Positions 40,820 through 50,277 of a stretch of 64,000 bases of DNA are shown one piece after another. The stretch is taken from contig JAHPZI010000002.1 in the NCBI GenBank assembly GCA_019058295.1, positions 92,076 to 156,075 on the forward strand, read 5' to 3'. Below the pieces are notes generated by a model. The model made no database searches. It was not told the origin of the DNA and saw only the letters and a program-made list of their open reading frames with translations. The first letter of the stretch is position 1, and every line of letters begins with the position of its first letter. The stretch is from Promethearchaeota archaeon (GTDB lineage: Archaea > Asgardarchaeota > Lokiarchaeia > Sigyniarchaeales > SOKP01). The position numbers were made by a program, and so were the translations under genes.

Positions 40820-41656
40820 ATGAATCTCGAAGTTCTTGAAAAAAATGAACAGAAATTAATTTTTGTAATTGAAGATGTCACCATAGAAATGGCAAATGCT
40901 ATACGACGGATTATCTTGACCGAAATACCAGTCTTCGCAATTGAAGAGGTGATAATTTTGAAAAATGATAGCCCTCTCTACGATGAAATCGTTGCTCATC
41001 GGTTAGGTATGATCCCACTAAAAACAAATCTTGAGAATTATAATCTACCACGAGACTGCGATTGTGGTGGCTTTGGATGTCCATTATGTCAAGTGTCCTT
41101 AACTTGTGAAGTGAACAATGATATAAATAAACCTTTAGTTGTTTATTCAGGAGATTTGAATTCAAACGACCCTAATATTGTCCCTACACATGATAAAATC
41201 CCAATTTTAAAAATTGATAAAGATAGTAAAATCATTATAGAATGTTATGCGATTTTAGGTTTAGCTAAGGATCATGTGAAGTTTTCAGCGGTTTCAAATT
41301 GCTTCTATCGCTATTATCCTGTGATTGATTTTGATGAAAGTAAAATTAAGGATTTAGAAGAAAAGACCCTTATCTTTAAAATGTGTCCAGTAAATCTATT
41401 CGAGCTTGCGAATAATAAATTAGAATTAAAGGAAGATTATTGGAAAACTTGTACTCTATGTAGAGCATGTGAACGAGCGAGCGAGGGTAAAATCAAAGTA
41501 ACTACTCAGAAGGATAAATATATATTTTTTATTGAGACCGATGGTGTCCTTCCTTTTGAAGTGCTTATCAAGAAAACTTTTGAATTATTTAATGAGAAAA
41601 TTGACGAGTTTATTACTAAGCTCGAAGAAATCGAGATTTTATCAAAAATTTATTAA
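40820..41656 (+). CDS. rpoD: DNA-directed RNA polymerase subunit D (Rpo3)
   Basis: ANAIRRIIL.EIP, NDSPLYDEIVAHRLGMIPL, Cys loop CDCGGFGCPLC and Fe-S insert CTLCRAC. Confidence 0.95.
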   Translation: MNLEVLEKNEQKLIFVIEDVTIEMANAIRRIILTEIPVFAIEEVIILKNDSPLYDEIVAHRLGMIPLKTNLENYNLPRDCDCGGFGCPLCQVSLTCEVNNDINKPLVVYSGDLNSNDPNIVPTHDKIPILKIDKDSKIIIECYAILGLAKDHVKFSAVSNCFYRYYPVIDFDESKIKDLEEKTLIFKMCPVNLFELANNKLELKEDYWKTCTLCRACERASEGKIKVTTQKDKYIFFIETDGVLPFEVLIKKTFELFNEKIDEFITKLEEIEILSKIY

Positions 41657-41715
41657 ATTATTAAATACTTAAAGATTTAATTTTTAGAATTAAAATTAAC
41701 AGTAATTATCTACTC

Positions 41716-42069
41716 ATGTCAAAAGTTACCGGCCCATCGAATTATTATCATCGTAAACTAATTCGCGATCTATGGAAAACTAAAAGAAGAATCTGGAAAA
41801 AACTTTCAAAGAAATTATCTGGACCGCGAAGAAACCAAGTTGAGGCCAATATTTATCGTATTAATAAAAAAACCAAGAATAACGATGTTATAGTAGTTCC
41901 TGGTAAAATACTAGGATTAGGAGAATTAAACCATAAGCTAACAATAGCTTGTTTAACGTTTTCAAAATCAGCAAAAAAAAAAATTGAGGCTTCAGGGAGT
42001 AAATTAATCTCAATTGAGGAATTACTTGAACAAAATCCAAAAGGGGAAAATATAAAAGTTTTTTACTGA
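41716..42069 (+). CDS. rpl18e: 50S ribosomal protein L18e
   Basis: VVPGKILGLG, FSKSAKKKIEASG, NPKG; position after rpoD. Confidence 0.94.
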   Translation: MSKVTGPSNYYHRKLIRDLWKTKRRIWKKLSKKLSGPRRNQVEANIYRINKKTKNNDVIVVPGKILGLGELNHKLTIACLTFSKSAKKKIEASGSKLISIEELLEQNPKGENIKVFY

Positions 42070-42104
42070 AAAGTCAAGAAAAGCAAAAAAATAAGGTTAA
42101 TTTA

Positions 42105-42575
42105 ATGCTAGAATACACAATTTTGGATGCAAAAGATAAAATATTGGGGAGATTTTGTAGCCAAATAGCTAAGAGAGCGTTATTGGGAGAGAGGATTGTA
42201 ATTATTAATGCGAAGGATGCAATTATTAGCGGTAATAAAAAAAACATTCATGAAAAGTATTTAGCGAAGCTAAACATTAGTACTGCGACAAATCCAACTC
42301 GAGGACCATTTTGGCCAAGACGTCCGGACACTTTTATGAGAAAAGTTATTAAACAAATGCTTCCTCGAAAGAAATTACGAGGCAAAGAAGCAATAAGGAG
42401 AGTTCATGTTTATATTTCAGAAATTCCTGAGCGTTTTAAAGATAGATATCAAAAATTAACTCCTGGAGATATATCACATGTTGATAAAACACGCTTATCA
42501 TATTATAATAAATATATCACATTGGAAAATCTTTGTTTAAGAATTGGATGGAGAAAAAGAAAAATTGAGGCCTAA
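42105..42575 (+). CDS. rpl13: 50S ribosomal protein L13
   Basis: DAKDKILGR, GPFWPRRPD and MLPRK motifs. Confidence 0.95.
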   Translation: MLEYTILDAKDKILGRFCSQIAKRALLGERIVIINAKDAIISGNKKNIHEKYLAKLNISTATNPTRGPFWPRRPDTFMRKVIKQMLPRKKLRGKEAIRRVHVYISEIPERFKDRYQKLTPGDISHVDKTRLSYYNKYITLENLCLRIGWRKRKIEA

Positions 42576-42577
42576 AT

Positions 42578-42994
42578 ATGTCTGAAAAAACTAAAGTAAT
42601 ACAATCGTCGGGAAAGAGAAAATCAGCTATTGCAAGGGCGGTTCTAAGGTATCCAGCAAAGGGTCAAATAAAAATTAACAAAATTCCTTTAGAATTGTAC
42701 GAACCAGAAATCCAAAGAGAAAGAATAAAAGAAATCATTGAAGTTGCAAATCATGAAAAACTATCGAAGTGTGATATTAAAATTCAAGTTCGTGGTGGAG
42801 GAAAGATGGGACAGACAGAGGCAGTCAGAATTGCGATGGCTAAAGCTATATATAAGTTTATAAAAACAAAAACTATAGAGCGCTTATTTAGGGATTATGA
42901 TGACTCACTTTTAAGTGGCGATTCCAGGAGAACTGAACCAAAAAAGTTTGGAGGCAAAAAAGCACGGGCACGACGTCAAAAATCGTTCAGATAA
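42578..42994 (+). CDS. rps9: 30S ribosomal protein S9
   Basis: GKRKSAIARA, VRGGG, and C-terminal DSRRTEPKKFGGKKARARRQKSFR. Confidence 0.96.
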   Translation: MSEKTKVIQSSGKRKSAIARAVLRYPAKGQIKINKIPLELYEPEIQRERIKEIIEVANHEKLSKCDIKIQVRGGGKMGQTEAVRIAMAKAIYKFIKTKTIERLFRDYDDSLLSGDSRRTEPKKFGGKKARARRQKSFR

Positions 42995-43053
42995 TAACTT
43001 TATTTTGATTGGAGCTAATATTTATTAGCGAAACTGTATTTAAAATATTTTAA

Positions 43054-44361
43054 TTAACTAATTTTTACACCTAATTTTTTTAGATCCTTGATAAACGAGG
43101 GATATGAATCATTGATAATATCCATTTTCTCAATTTTCGAATTATCATTTGCAAACAAAGCAGCAACACAACACGCCATAGCTACTCTATGATCGTTGGC
43201 ATGATTAAATAAAGCTCCATTTAATGTTTGGGTATGATATATAGTTAATTTTTCTTGTTTTTCCTTGATTTTAATGCCCATTTTTGCTAATTCTCTTGCC
43301 ATTGCTGAAATTCTATCAGTTTCCTTTAATCTCAAATTTGAAGCGTTGTAAAGTGTTGTTTTTCCATCAGCAAAAGCACCTACTACAGATAGTATAGGAA
43401 ATAAATCGGGAATTTCACTACAATCAATATTTCTACCTTGTAATGTAGTGCCTCCTTTAACAATGATTTGATTTTTTACTTCGTTAATTTCAATATCTGC
43501 TCCCATATCACATAAAATTTCGATTATTCTTTTATCTCCTTGTGGATTTTGAACATCTAAGTTTTTTATGACTACCCTGGATTCTTCCGATGATAATACT
43601 GTTGCAGTAATAATAAATGCAGCAGAAGAAAAATCTCCTGGAATCGTATAAATTTGTGGTCTATATCTTTGATTGCCTAAAATAAAATATTTTCCTATTT
43701 TTTGTTCGTTTAATTCTTCATAAATATTGATACCGAAAGAGTTTAATATGTCTAACGTGATTTTTATATAAGGATATGATAATAAAGGAGTTGTAACCTC
43801 AATTTCAATAAATTCTTTATTATCACATTTTAATAAAGGACTAATTATTAACAATGCCGTAATAAATTGCGAGCTAATATCTCCTTGAATTTTAACTGTA
43901 TTACATTGAAAGTTTTTCCGTTCAATGTGGAGGATTTCTTCCTTTAATTCATATTCTCCGCCTAAACATTTTAAAGCTTCCAATAATGGAATAATAGGAC
44001 GGTTTCTTTTCAAAAATTCCCCTTCTAAAGATAAACCTTCTTTTACAAAAAAACTTAATGCGCTAAAAATTCTTAAAGATGTACCTGAATTCTTACAATC
44101 GATGGACTTATTTATCGATTTAAAGGAATCTGCGGTTTTTTCGACGATGTAAGAATTTTCATCCTCTTTTAAAATGGTTATACCTAATAATTTTAAAATA
44201 TTAATTGTCACCTCAACATCTCCAGTGACTAAAGGATTTTTAATTACTGAGACACCATCAGCTAAACTTGCTACAATAAAAGCTCTGTGAGAATAGCTTT
44301 TAGAAGGGGGGGCAATTATTTCCCCATTTAACTTAGTAATCGGTTTTATTGTTATATCCAT
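43054..44361 (-). CDS. aroA: 3-phosphoshikimate 1-carboxyvinyltransferase
   Basis: PPSKSYSHRA, NSGTSLR, SSQFITALL, RLKETDRI and DHRVAMA motifs. Confidence 0.95.
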   Translation of the reverse strand: MDITIKPITKLNGEIIAPPSKSYSHRAFIVASLADGVSVIKNPLVTGDVEVTINILKLLGITILKEDENSYIVEKTADSFKSINKSIDCKNSGTSLRIFSALSFFVKEGLSLEGEFLKRNRPIIPLLEALKCLGGEYELKEEILHIERKNFQCNTVKIQGDISSQFITALLIISPLLKCDNKEFIEIEVTTPLLSYPYIKITLDILNSFGINIYEELNEQKIGKYFILGNQRYRPQIYTIPGDFSSAAFIITATVLSSEESRVVIKNLDVQNPQGDKRIIEILCDMGADIEINEVKNQIIVKGGTTLQGRNIDCSEIPDLFPILSVVGAFADGKTTLYNASNLRLKETDRISAMARELAKMGIKIKEKQEKLTIYHTQTLNGALFNHANDHRVAMACCVAALFANDNSKIEKMDIINDSYPSFIKDLKKLGVKIS

Positions 44362-44443
44362 TAAATAATTAATAGGATATTAATAGATATAATATTAATT
44401 AATTTAATATGTAGGATTATAATATTTAGTAATCTATAAAAAA

Positions 44444-45562
44444 GTGAAAAATTTGGCTGACAATACTTTTGGTAAGATCTTCAAAATAACTTCATTTGGA
44501 GAAAGTCATGGAGATTTGGTTGGCATTATCGTTGACGGAGTTCCTGCTGGATTGAAAGTAGATGCAGATTTTATTCAAAGTGAGCTTGATAAAAGAAAGC
44601 CTGGACAATCAGGATTAACAACATCTCGCTTAGAATCTGATAAGGTGCAAATATTATCAGGAATATTTAAAAATAAGACAACTGGAGCACCAATTTGTTT
44701 AATTATTAGAAATAAAGATATTGATTCGTCAAAATATGAAGTATTTAAAAATTTTTTAAGACCTTCTCAAGTTGATTACTCTGCTTTGAAAAAATTTGGA
44801 GGTTTTGCAGATTATAGAGGATCTGGTAGATTTTCAGGCCGAATCACCGCAAGTTTTGTAATGGCTGGAGCTATTGCGAAACAGATTTTAAAAAAATCTA
44901 ATATTACGGTATTTGCCTACACAAAAAGTATTGGAGACGTAGTAGATGATGAATCATATATTATGGATGATCTTGAAAAATATATCCAATTGAGAGAAAA
45001 ATCAAGTGTAAGGGCTCTAAATGCTGAAAAATCCAAATTAATGGAAAAAATAATAGAAGACGTTAAAATTCAAAAAGATTCTATCGGCGGAACTATAAGA
45101 TGTATCGTAAATAATTTTCCAGAAGGCATTGGTGGTCCCGTTTTTAATAGTATCGAATCTAATATAAGCAAAGGGATTTTTTCCATACCTGCGATAAAAG
45201 CAATTGAATTCGGTGCAGGTTTTAAAGCGGCAAAAATGAAAGGATCTGAGCATAATGATCCATGGATCGTGAAAGATGGAAAAATTCAAACAACTAAAAA
45301 CGATGCTGGAGGAATAATCGGCGGGATTTCAACAGGTATGCCTATAGAGTTTGCTGTCGCAGTTAAACCGACAGCTACAATTGGGAAGCCCCAGAAAACA
45401 GTTAATATTGAAACTTTAGAAAATGTAGAAATTGAACTTAGAGGTAGACATGACCCATGTATTGTTCCGAGAGCCGTGGTAGTTGTTGAAGCCATGGCAG
45501 CTATAGTATTATTAGATCATTTATTATTAGAAGGAAAAGTTCCATCGGTATTAGAATCTTAA
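44444..45562 (+). CDS. aroC: Chorismate synthase
   Basis: FGESHG, TTGAPI, RGSGRFSGR, GGISTG and GRHDPC motifs. Confidence 0.96.
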   Translation: MKNLADNTFGKIFKITSFGESHGDLVGIIVDGVPAGLKVDADFIQSELDKRKPGQSGLTTSRLESDKVQILSGIFKNKTTGAPICLIIRNKDIDSSKYEVFKNFLRPSQVDYSALKKFGGFADYRGSGRFSGRITASFVMAGAIAKQILKKSNITVFAYTKSIGDVVDDESYIMDDLEKYIQLREKSSVRALNAEKSKLMEKIIEDVKIQKDSIGGTIRCIVNNFPEGIGGPVFNSIESNISKGIFSIPAIKAIEFGAGFKAAKMKGSEHNDPWIVKDGKIQTTKNDAGGIIGGISTGMPIEFAVAVKPTATIGKPQKTVNIETLENVEIELRGRHDPCIVPRAVVVVEAMAAIVLLDHLLLEGKVPSVLES

Positions 45563-45684
45563 AAATCTAATATTATTATTTAGATTTGCATAAGAATCAA
45601 TTTATAATTTTAAAAAGCTTTATTATAAATTCAGTACATAAATTATATTATTGTTCAAAATTTAATTTTGGATTGTTAAATAAA

Positions 45685-45918
45685 ATGAGTAAAAAAATCG
45701 ACACTTCGGAAGATTTTATAAAATTTTATAAAAAAAAAGCAGAAAATCTCTTAACCTTAGTTGATAACCATTATTTAAATAAAGAATATCGAAAATGTCT
45801 TGAATTATTAAATCAAGCTTATTCAATGTATCAAAAAGGTCACTATACAGAAGAGGCTGAAAAAGTCAAGCAGAGATTTGATGAAATTAAAGAAACACAT
45901 TTCAAAAAAAAGGATTAA
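45685..45918 (+). CDS. Small helical (TPR/MIT-like) hypothetical protein
   Basis: Likely start MSKKID at 45685; helical hairpin pattern (EYRKCLELLNQAYSMY). Confidence 0.6.
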   Translation: MSKKIDTSEDFIKFYKKKAENLLTLVDNHYLNKEYRKCLELLNQAYSMYQKGHYTEEAEKVKQRFDEIKETHFKKKD

Positions 45919-45923
45919 TCAAC

Positions 45924-46412
45924 TCAAATATTCATTTTCTTTAATTTATTAACGATGTTTTCTATATGAGTTCCTTTCCAATATATTTTCTTACAGTTTG
46001 AATTAGTACATTGATAGAAATCATCGTTATACTTAAAAGTTTCTGGCTCAACCAAATTTTTAATTGAATTTTTATCATCTACTCCTGTCAACTCGAAATT
46101 GCATTTTGAACATCTCGCTTTTTTCATCTTAAAATTATAACTTAAATCAAGTTTCATTTTAAGTTGTTTTAGGTAGTTATACACACCTTCACCTTCTAGT
46201 AAAATACTTTTGTCTCTGATTTTTTTATGGAATAAATAATCTTTTGTTATGATGATCCGGTTGTTTTTCTCAGCATATTCTAATAACTTATCATCTGAAA
46301 CGGGATTAATTTGAAAATAATCTTCTAAATCGTTAGCATAAACAGTATCATATCCAAATATTCGAAGAAATCTAGTAAGCCTTCCAAACATTGCGTCTGT
46401 AACGAACTTCAT
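45924..46412 (-). CDS. Mut7-C RNase domain (PIN-like) protein
   Basis: KFVTDAMFGRLTRFLRIFGYD, RIIITKD, RCSKCN and C..C.KIYWKGTH motifs. Confidence 0.92.
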   Translation of the reverse strand: MKFVTDAMFGRLTRFLRIFGYDTVYANDLEDYFQINPVSDDKLLEYAEKNNRIIITKDYLFHKKIRDKSILLEGEGVYNYLKQLKMKLDLSYNFKMKKARCSKCNFELTGVDDKNSIKNLVEPETFKYNDDFYQCTNSNCKKIYWKGTHIENIVNKLKKMNI

Positions 46413-46489
46413 TTCTATAAATATTAATGTTCATTATATAAAATATATAACAGATTATTTAATGAACTAAGAAATGGTGTTTAGTTGAT

Positions 46490-47026
46490 TTGGAAATAAA
46501 TGAATTAATGGAAAAAGCCGTTAAATTCCACGGGCATTATTGTCCCGGCGTAGCCTTAGGCGTTTTAGTATCTAAATATATCTTAGAGCATGGTAATGAT
46601 TTTTCTATTGATGAAGAATTGGTTGCTGTCGTTGAAAATGATAATTGTAGCGTTGATGCAATACAAGCCTTGCTTGGAACTACGTTTGGAAAGGGGAATT
46701 TCATTCATTTGGATTATGGAAAAAATAATTATACGTTTTATAATCGAACAAATAAAAAAGCTGTAAAACTCTCATTAAAAAGTAGTGGTTTTGGAAATCA
46801 TAATTTAACAAAAAATGAGCGTATAGAAGGATTATTAAAATCTAACCCTGAGGATATTTTTAAGATTCGAGAAGTTGAATTTAATCCTCCTGAGAAAGCT
46901 CAAATACATGATTCAATAATATGCGAAAAATGTGGAGAACCTACAATGGCAATTAGAATACAAGAATATGAGGGAAAAAAGCTATGTATTCCTTGTCATG
47001 AAAAGATTAAAAAAATAACAATATAA
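46490..47026 (+). CDS. FmdE family protein with C-terminal Zn finger
   Basis: FHGHYCPGVALG, ENDNCSVDAIQ, CEKCGE and LCIPC motifs. Confidence 0.92.
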   Translation: MEINELMEKAVKFHGHYCPGVALGVLVSKYILEHGNDFSIDEELVAVVENDNCSVDAIQALLGTTFGKGNFIHLDYGKNNYTFYNRTNKKAVKLSLKSSGFGNHNLTKNERIEGLLKSNPEDIFKIREVEFNPPEKAQIHDSIICEKCGEPTMAIRIQEYEGKKLCIPCHEKIKKITI

Positions 47027-47075
47027 TTATAAAATTAAATATTTTAGTTTGTGTTATTTGTAAAAACTTTGTATA

Positions 47076-47519
47076 ATGATAATACGAGAATTTTCTGAGC
47101 AAGATATTGACGAAATTACTTCTTTAATGAAAAAACTCTGTTTAATGAAAGGGCAAGAATTTGATGAAAAGAGATGGAGGGCTAGCCTAGAAAAACAAAT
47201 GAAACGGGATTCAAATACGGGGGTTATTGTTGCTTTTGATAAAGATATGAATCAAATTCTTGGAATGGGGCATTGTTCAGTTAGAAATTCGGATAGAGGC
47301 TTTCGATTCGGATATATTTCCAACTTAATAGTTAAAGAAGAAAGGAGAAGAACTGGTATTGGAGAAAAAATAATGCAGCATATTATAGATTTTTTTAAAA
47401 AAAATCATATTCAATCTATTAGATTAGCTTTAAAAACTAATTTTGATAAAGGAGCTCAAACTTTATTTACAAAACTAGGTTTTACTGAAATTTTTAAAAT
47501 TTACGAATTACAGATATGA
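47076..47519 (+). CDS. GNAT family N-acetyltransferase
   Basis: LIVKEERRRTGIGEKIM (motif A) and LFTKLGF. Confidence 0.9.
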   Translation: MIIREFSEQDIDEITSLMKKLCLMKGQEFDEKRWRASLEKQMKRDSNTGVIVAFDKDMNQILGMGHCSVRNSDRGFRFGYISNLIVKEERRRTGIGEKIMQHIIDFFKKNHIQSIRLALKTNFDKGAQTLFTKLGFTEIFKIYELQI

Positions 47520-47545
47520 ATTATAAGTAGTAAGATGAATATAAT

Positions 47546-48784
47546 ATGATAAAGAATATACAAAAAGGACATACGTTATTAGTAAAAGGGCCTACGAGAA
47601 TAACACTATTAGAAGGAAAATTAGAAGTTCTTGGAAAGATAATTTCTCCAGAAAAAGAAAATTCTAAATCAAATTTGTCCGAATTTGATGAAGATAATGT
47701 CATAATTATCCCGGGTGCTAATCATTACCCTTTATTTGCATTGGAAAATTCAAAATTAGAGATATATACATCAAATGAAATAGAGAATCTAACTTTAATA
47801 GAAGAAAATTCTATTTCTAGCAGATGGGTTGAAATTAAAGATGCACTCTTAGAATACATCAAAAATAATGAGAATAAAACGATAAAAATAATGGTTTTGG
47901 GGATTAGTAGTGGAAAAACAACTATTATCAAATATCTGGGAAATAATTTTCTTAAAAGTGGGCTAAAAGGCTGTTATTTAGATAGCGATCTCGGTCAGCA
48001 AATCTGTTATTTGCCAACTACTCTTAATATTGGAACAATTAAGGATTCAATTATTTCGGGTGAGGATATTGAACCCGAGAAAACATTTTTTATTGGCGCG
48101 ACATTCCCTAAGGGAAATTACAAATTTATAGTATCTATTTATTGTAAGAATTTAATTGATGATTATATCAAAAATAATAAAAATACTAACTTTGTATTAA
48201 TCGATACAGATGGCTGGATAAGGCAAGAAGCAGGGGTTATCTACAAAGATTTTTTTATTAAAACAGTAGATCCTGATGTCTTAATCGTATTTCATGATGA
48301 CACGATTAATGAATTAAAAGATATAATAAAAACAGCAAAGTTAAGAAAAGATAGAAAAATCTATTTAATAAAAGAAGGTAATAAATATTTCTATGAAAAA
48401 GATAAAGAAGAAAGAAGATTTTTAAGGCAAAGTCAATTTGCTAAGATTTTAGAAAAATATAGAAAAATTACTATTCCACTAGACGAAAATGAAATTGAAT
48501 TTGTAAAGAGCGATTATGATCCAGAATCTAACGAAATAATTGAGAGAAAAATTGATATATACGAATTAACCAAACTTCCTTATCATTATGTGATAATATC
48601 GCTTTTAGATAAAGACTCTAAATTGATAAAAATAGGGCTTTTATTTGTTATAAATTTAGAAAAAGGATATGTTTTGATATTTTCAGATTTATCATATAAA
48701 GAACAGACAAGAATAAAAAAAATTTTGCTTGGAAGTCTTAGATTATCGATAAAGGGAAATCATCAAGGCTATTTATATTTATAA
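47546..48784 (+). CDS. Clp1/Grc3-family polynucleotide 5'-kinase
   Basis: TLLVKGP N-domain, GISSGKTT, LDSDLGQ, LIDTDGWI and lid ERRFLRQ. Confidence 0.88.
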   Translation: MIKNIQKGHTLLVKGPTRITLLEGKLEVLGKIISPEKENSKSNLSEFDEDNVIIIPGANHYPLFALENSKLEIYTSNEIENLTLIEENSISSRWVEIKDALLEYIKNNENKTIKIMVLGISSGKTTIIKYLGNNFLKSGLKGCYLDSDLGQQICYLPTTLNIGTIKDSIISGEDIEPEKTFFIGATFPKGNYKFIVSIYCKNLIDDYIKNNKNTNFVLIDTDGWIRQEAGVIYKDFFIKTVDPDVLIVFHDDTINELKDIIKTAKLRKDRKIYLIKEGNKYFYEKDKEERRFLRQSQFAKILEKYRKITIPLDENEIEFVKSDYDPESNEIIERKIDIYELTKLPYHYVIISLLDKDSKLIKIGLLFVINLEKGYVLIFSDLSYKEQTRIKKILLGSLRLSIKGNHQGYLYL

Positions 48785-48809
48785 TCTCTTTCCTTAAATA
48801 AAATGCTTA

Positions 48810-50261
48810 GTGATGAATTTGGGTGAGGATAGGCTTTCTAAGTTTGTTAAATTGATGTCTAAGAGTATCACTGATTCTGATTTAGAGCTTGTTAATCTGG
48901 GTAAGAAATTAGGATTAGATCTAGTGTTATTTGCTGATTTAAGAGGATCTCAAGAAGATGAATTCGCAGATACGGTAAGAAAAAAAGCATTAGAAAAAAT
49001 GGAGGTAAATAGGGATCATTATTTGAGTGAAACTGATACTTTTTATGCTGGAAGCATTGATTTTATGGTTTGCGACGAGCCTGAGGGCAAGAAATTCTTT
49101 CTTTTAGAAACCAATGGTGGTTCGAATAGGGGTCTTTCGATTTTAACAATAAAGCAACAAGCAGTAAAGTATGATGGATATTTTGAAGCAATTAGGCAAG
49201 CGATAGAGAGCAATAAGAGAGGGGATAATAAAGTTCTAGTTTTAGTTGGAGTTCCCATAAATGATGGATTGATTCATGAAAAAGTAATTATGATTGAATA
49301 TTTAAGAAAAAAAGCTATAGCTAAAGATCTTACTGTTGGAATATATAATATTAATAATTTTCCCCATGATTTTAAGGAGGATGTAGCTTTTTTAATTGCT
49401 GATTATAAACAATTGTCCACCACTCTCTCATTTTCAGACAAATGGGTAAAAATTAACCAAGAATCTAAGATAAGCGTGTTATTAGCAGATGGTATCGCAA
49501 GGCGCCTTAATGATGAAGTTTTTTCGGGATTAGTTAAGGAGGATTTCCGCAAAATTAACAGTATTATTGTTAATCCCATCTTTAGAATAACTGATGATAA
49601 ATCTCTAACCTATTTAGCTAGCTTTTTCGCAAAAGAAGCTCTTGAGAAATATAATCTTAAATACCTCCTATTCACAAAAGCGTATACTGAAGAGGATTTA
49701 ATTGAAAAAATTAAATATGTAATAAATACCTATAAAAAACCATTTATTATCAAACCTAATGGGGGATCAGGAGGAGCAGGTGTAATTCCAATAGGTCCTG
49801 ATCAGGATCTAAATAATCTGAAAGATTTAATTGAAGAAAGTAAGAAGGAATTTTTCGCTAAATTCATGAAAAATAGAGACCCTTATCCTTATACTATTCA
49901 GGAAATGGCACAGTTCTCGCTTATTGACTGGCGAGGGGGAAAACATACTTTTGATCTACGAATTTATATGGCACAAAAGGAAGGTAAAATTATTCCTCTT
50001 GGTGGACTAGCTAGAATAGCAAGAGGAAATTATAGTGGTAGTTTAAATAAAGAAGAATTTGTAGTAAATTTATCGGGATTCGATGGTCAGATTGAGGTTT
50101 TTCGAGGGCAAGGAATCTCTGAAAAGAATGCTAAAATGTTAAACTTAACTCTTGAAGATTTCGTAAATATCTTTTGTATTGGCTGTGTTTTGTTTGTAAG
50201 CATAACAAAAAATTACAAGAAAATAATGAATTTTTCTGACTGGGATCAAATAATAGGATAA
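48810..50261 (+). CDS. Circularly permuted ATP-grasp ligase (COG2308/CP_ATPgrasp-like)
   Basis: GSIDF...FFLLETN lies near the N-terminus; IIKPNGGSGGAGV, TIQE, FDLRIY, GGLARIA and VVNLS lie near the C-terminus. Confidence 0.8.
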   Translation: MMNLGEDRLSKFVKLMSKSITDSDLELVNLGKKLGLDLVLFADLRGSQEDEFADTVRKKALEKMEVNRDHYLSETDTFYAGSIDFMVCDEPEGKKFFLLETNGGSNRGLSILTIKQQAVKYDGYFEAIRQAIESNKRGDNKVLVLVGVPINDGLIHEKVIMIEYLRKKAIAKDLTVGIYNINNFPHDFKEDVAFLIADYKQLSTTLSFSDKWVKINQESKISVLLADGIARRLNDEVFSGLVKEDFRKINSIIVNPIFRITDDKSLTYLASFFAKEALEKYNLKYLLFTKAYTEEDLIEKIKYVINTYKKPFIIKPNGGSGGAGVIPIGPDQDLNNLKDLIEESKKEFFAKFMKNRDPYPYTIQEMAQFSLIDWRGGKHTFDLRIYMAQKEGKIIPLGGLARIARGNYSGSLNKEEFVVNLSGFDGQIEVFRGQGISEKNAKMLNLTLEDFVNIFCIGCVLFVSITKNYKKIMNFSDWDQIIG

Positions 50262-50277
50262 AGAGATAATTGTATAT

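Noticed and set aside
40820-41656. Rpo3 carrying both a Cys-rich loop and an Fe-S insert as a novelty
   Set aside because: Both features are already known in archaeal Rpo3 proteins.
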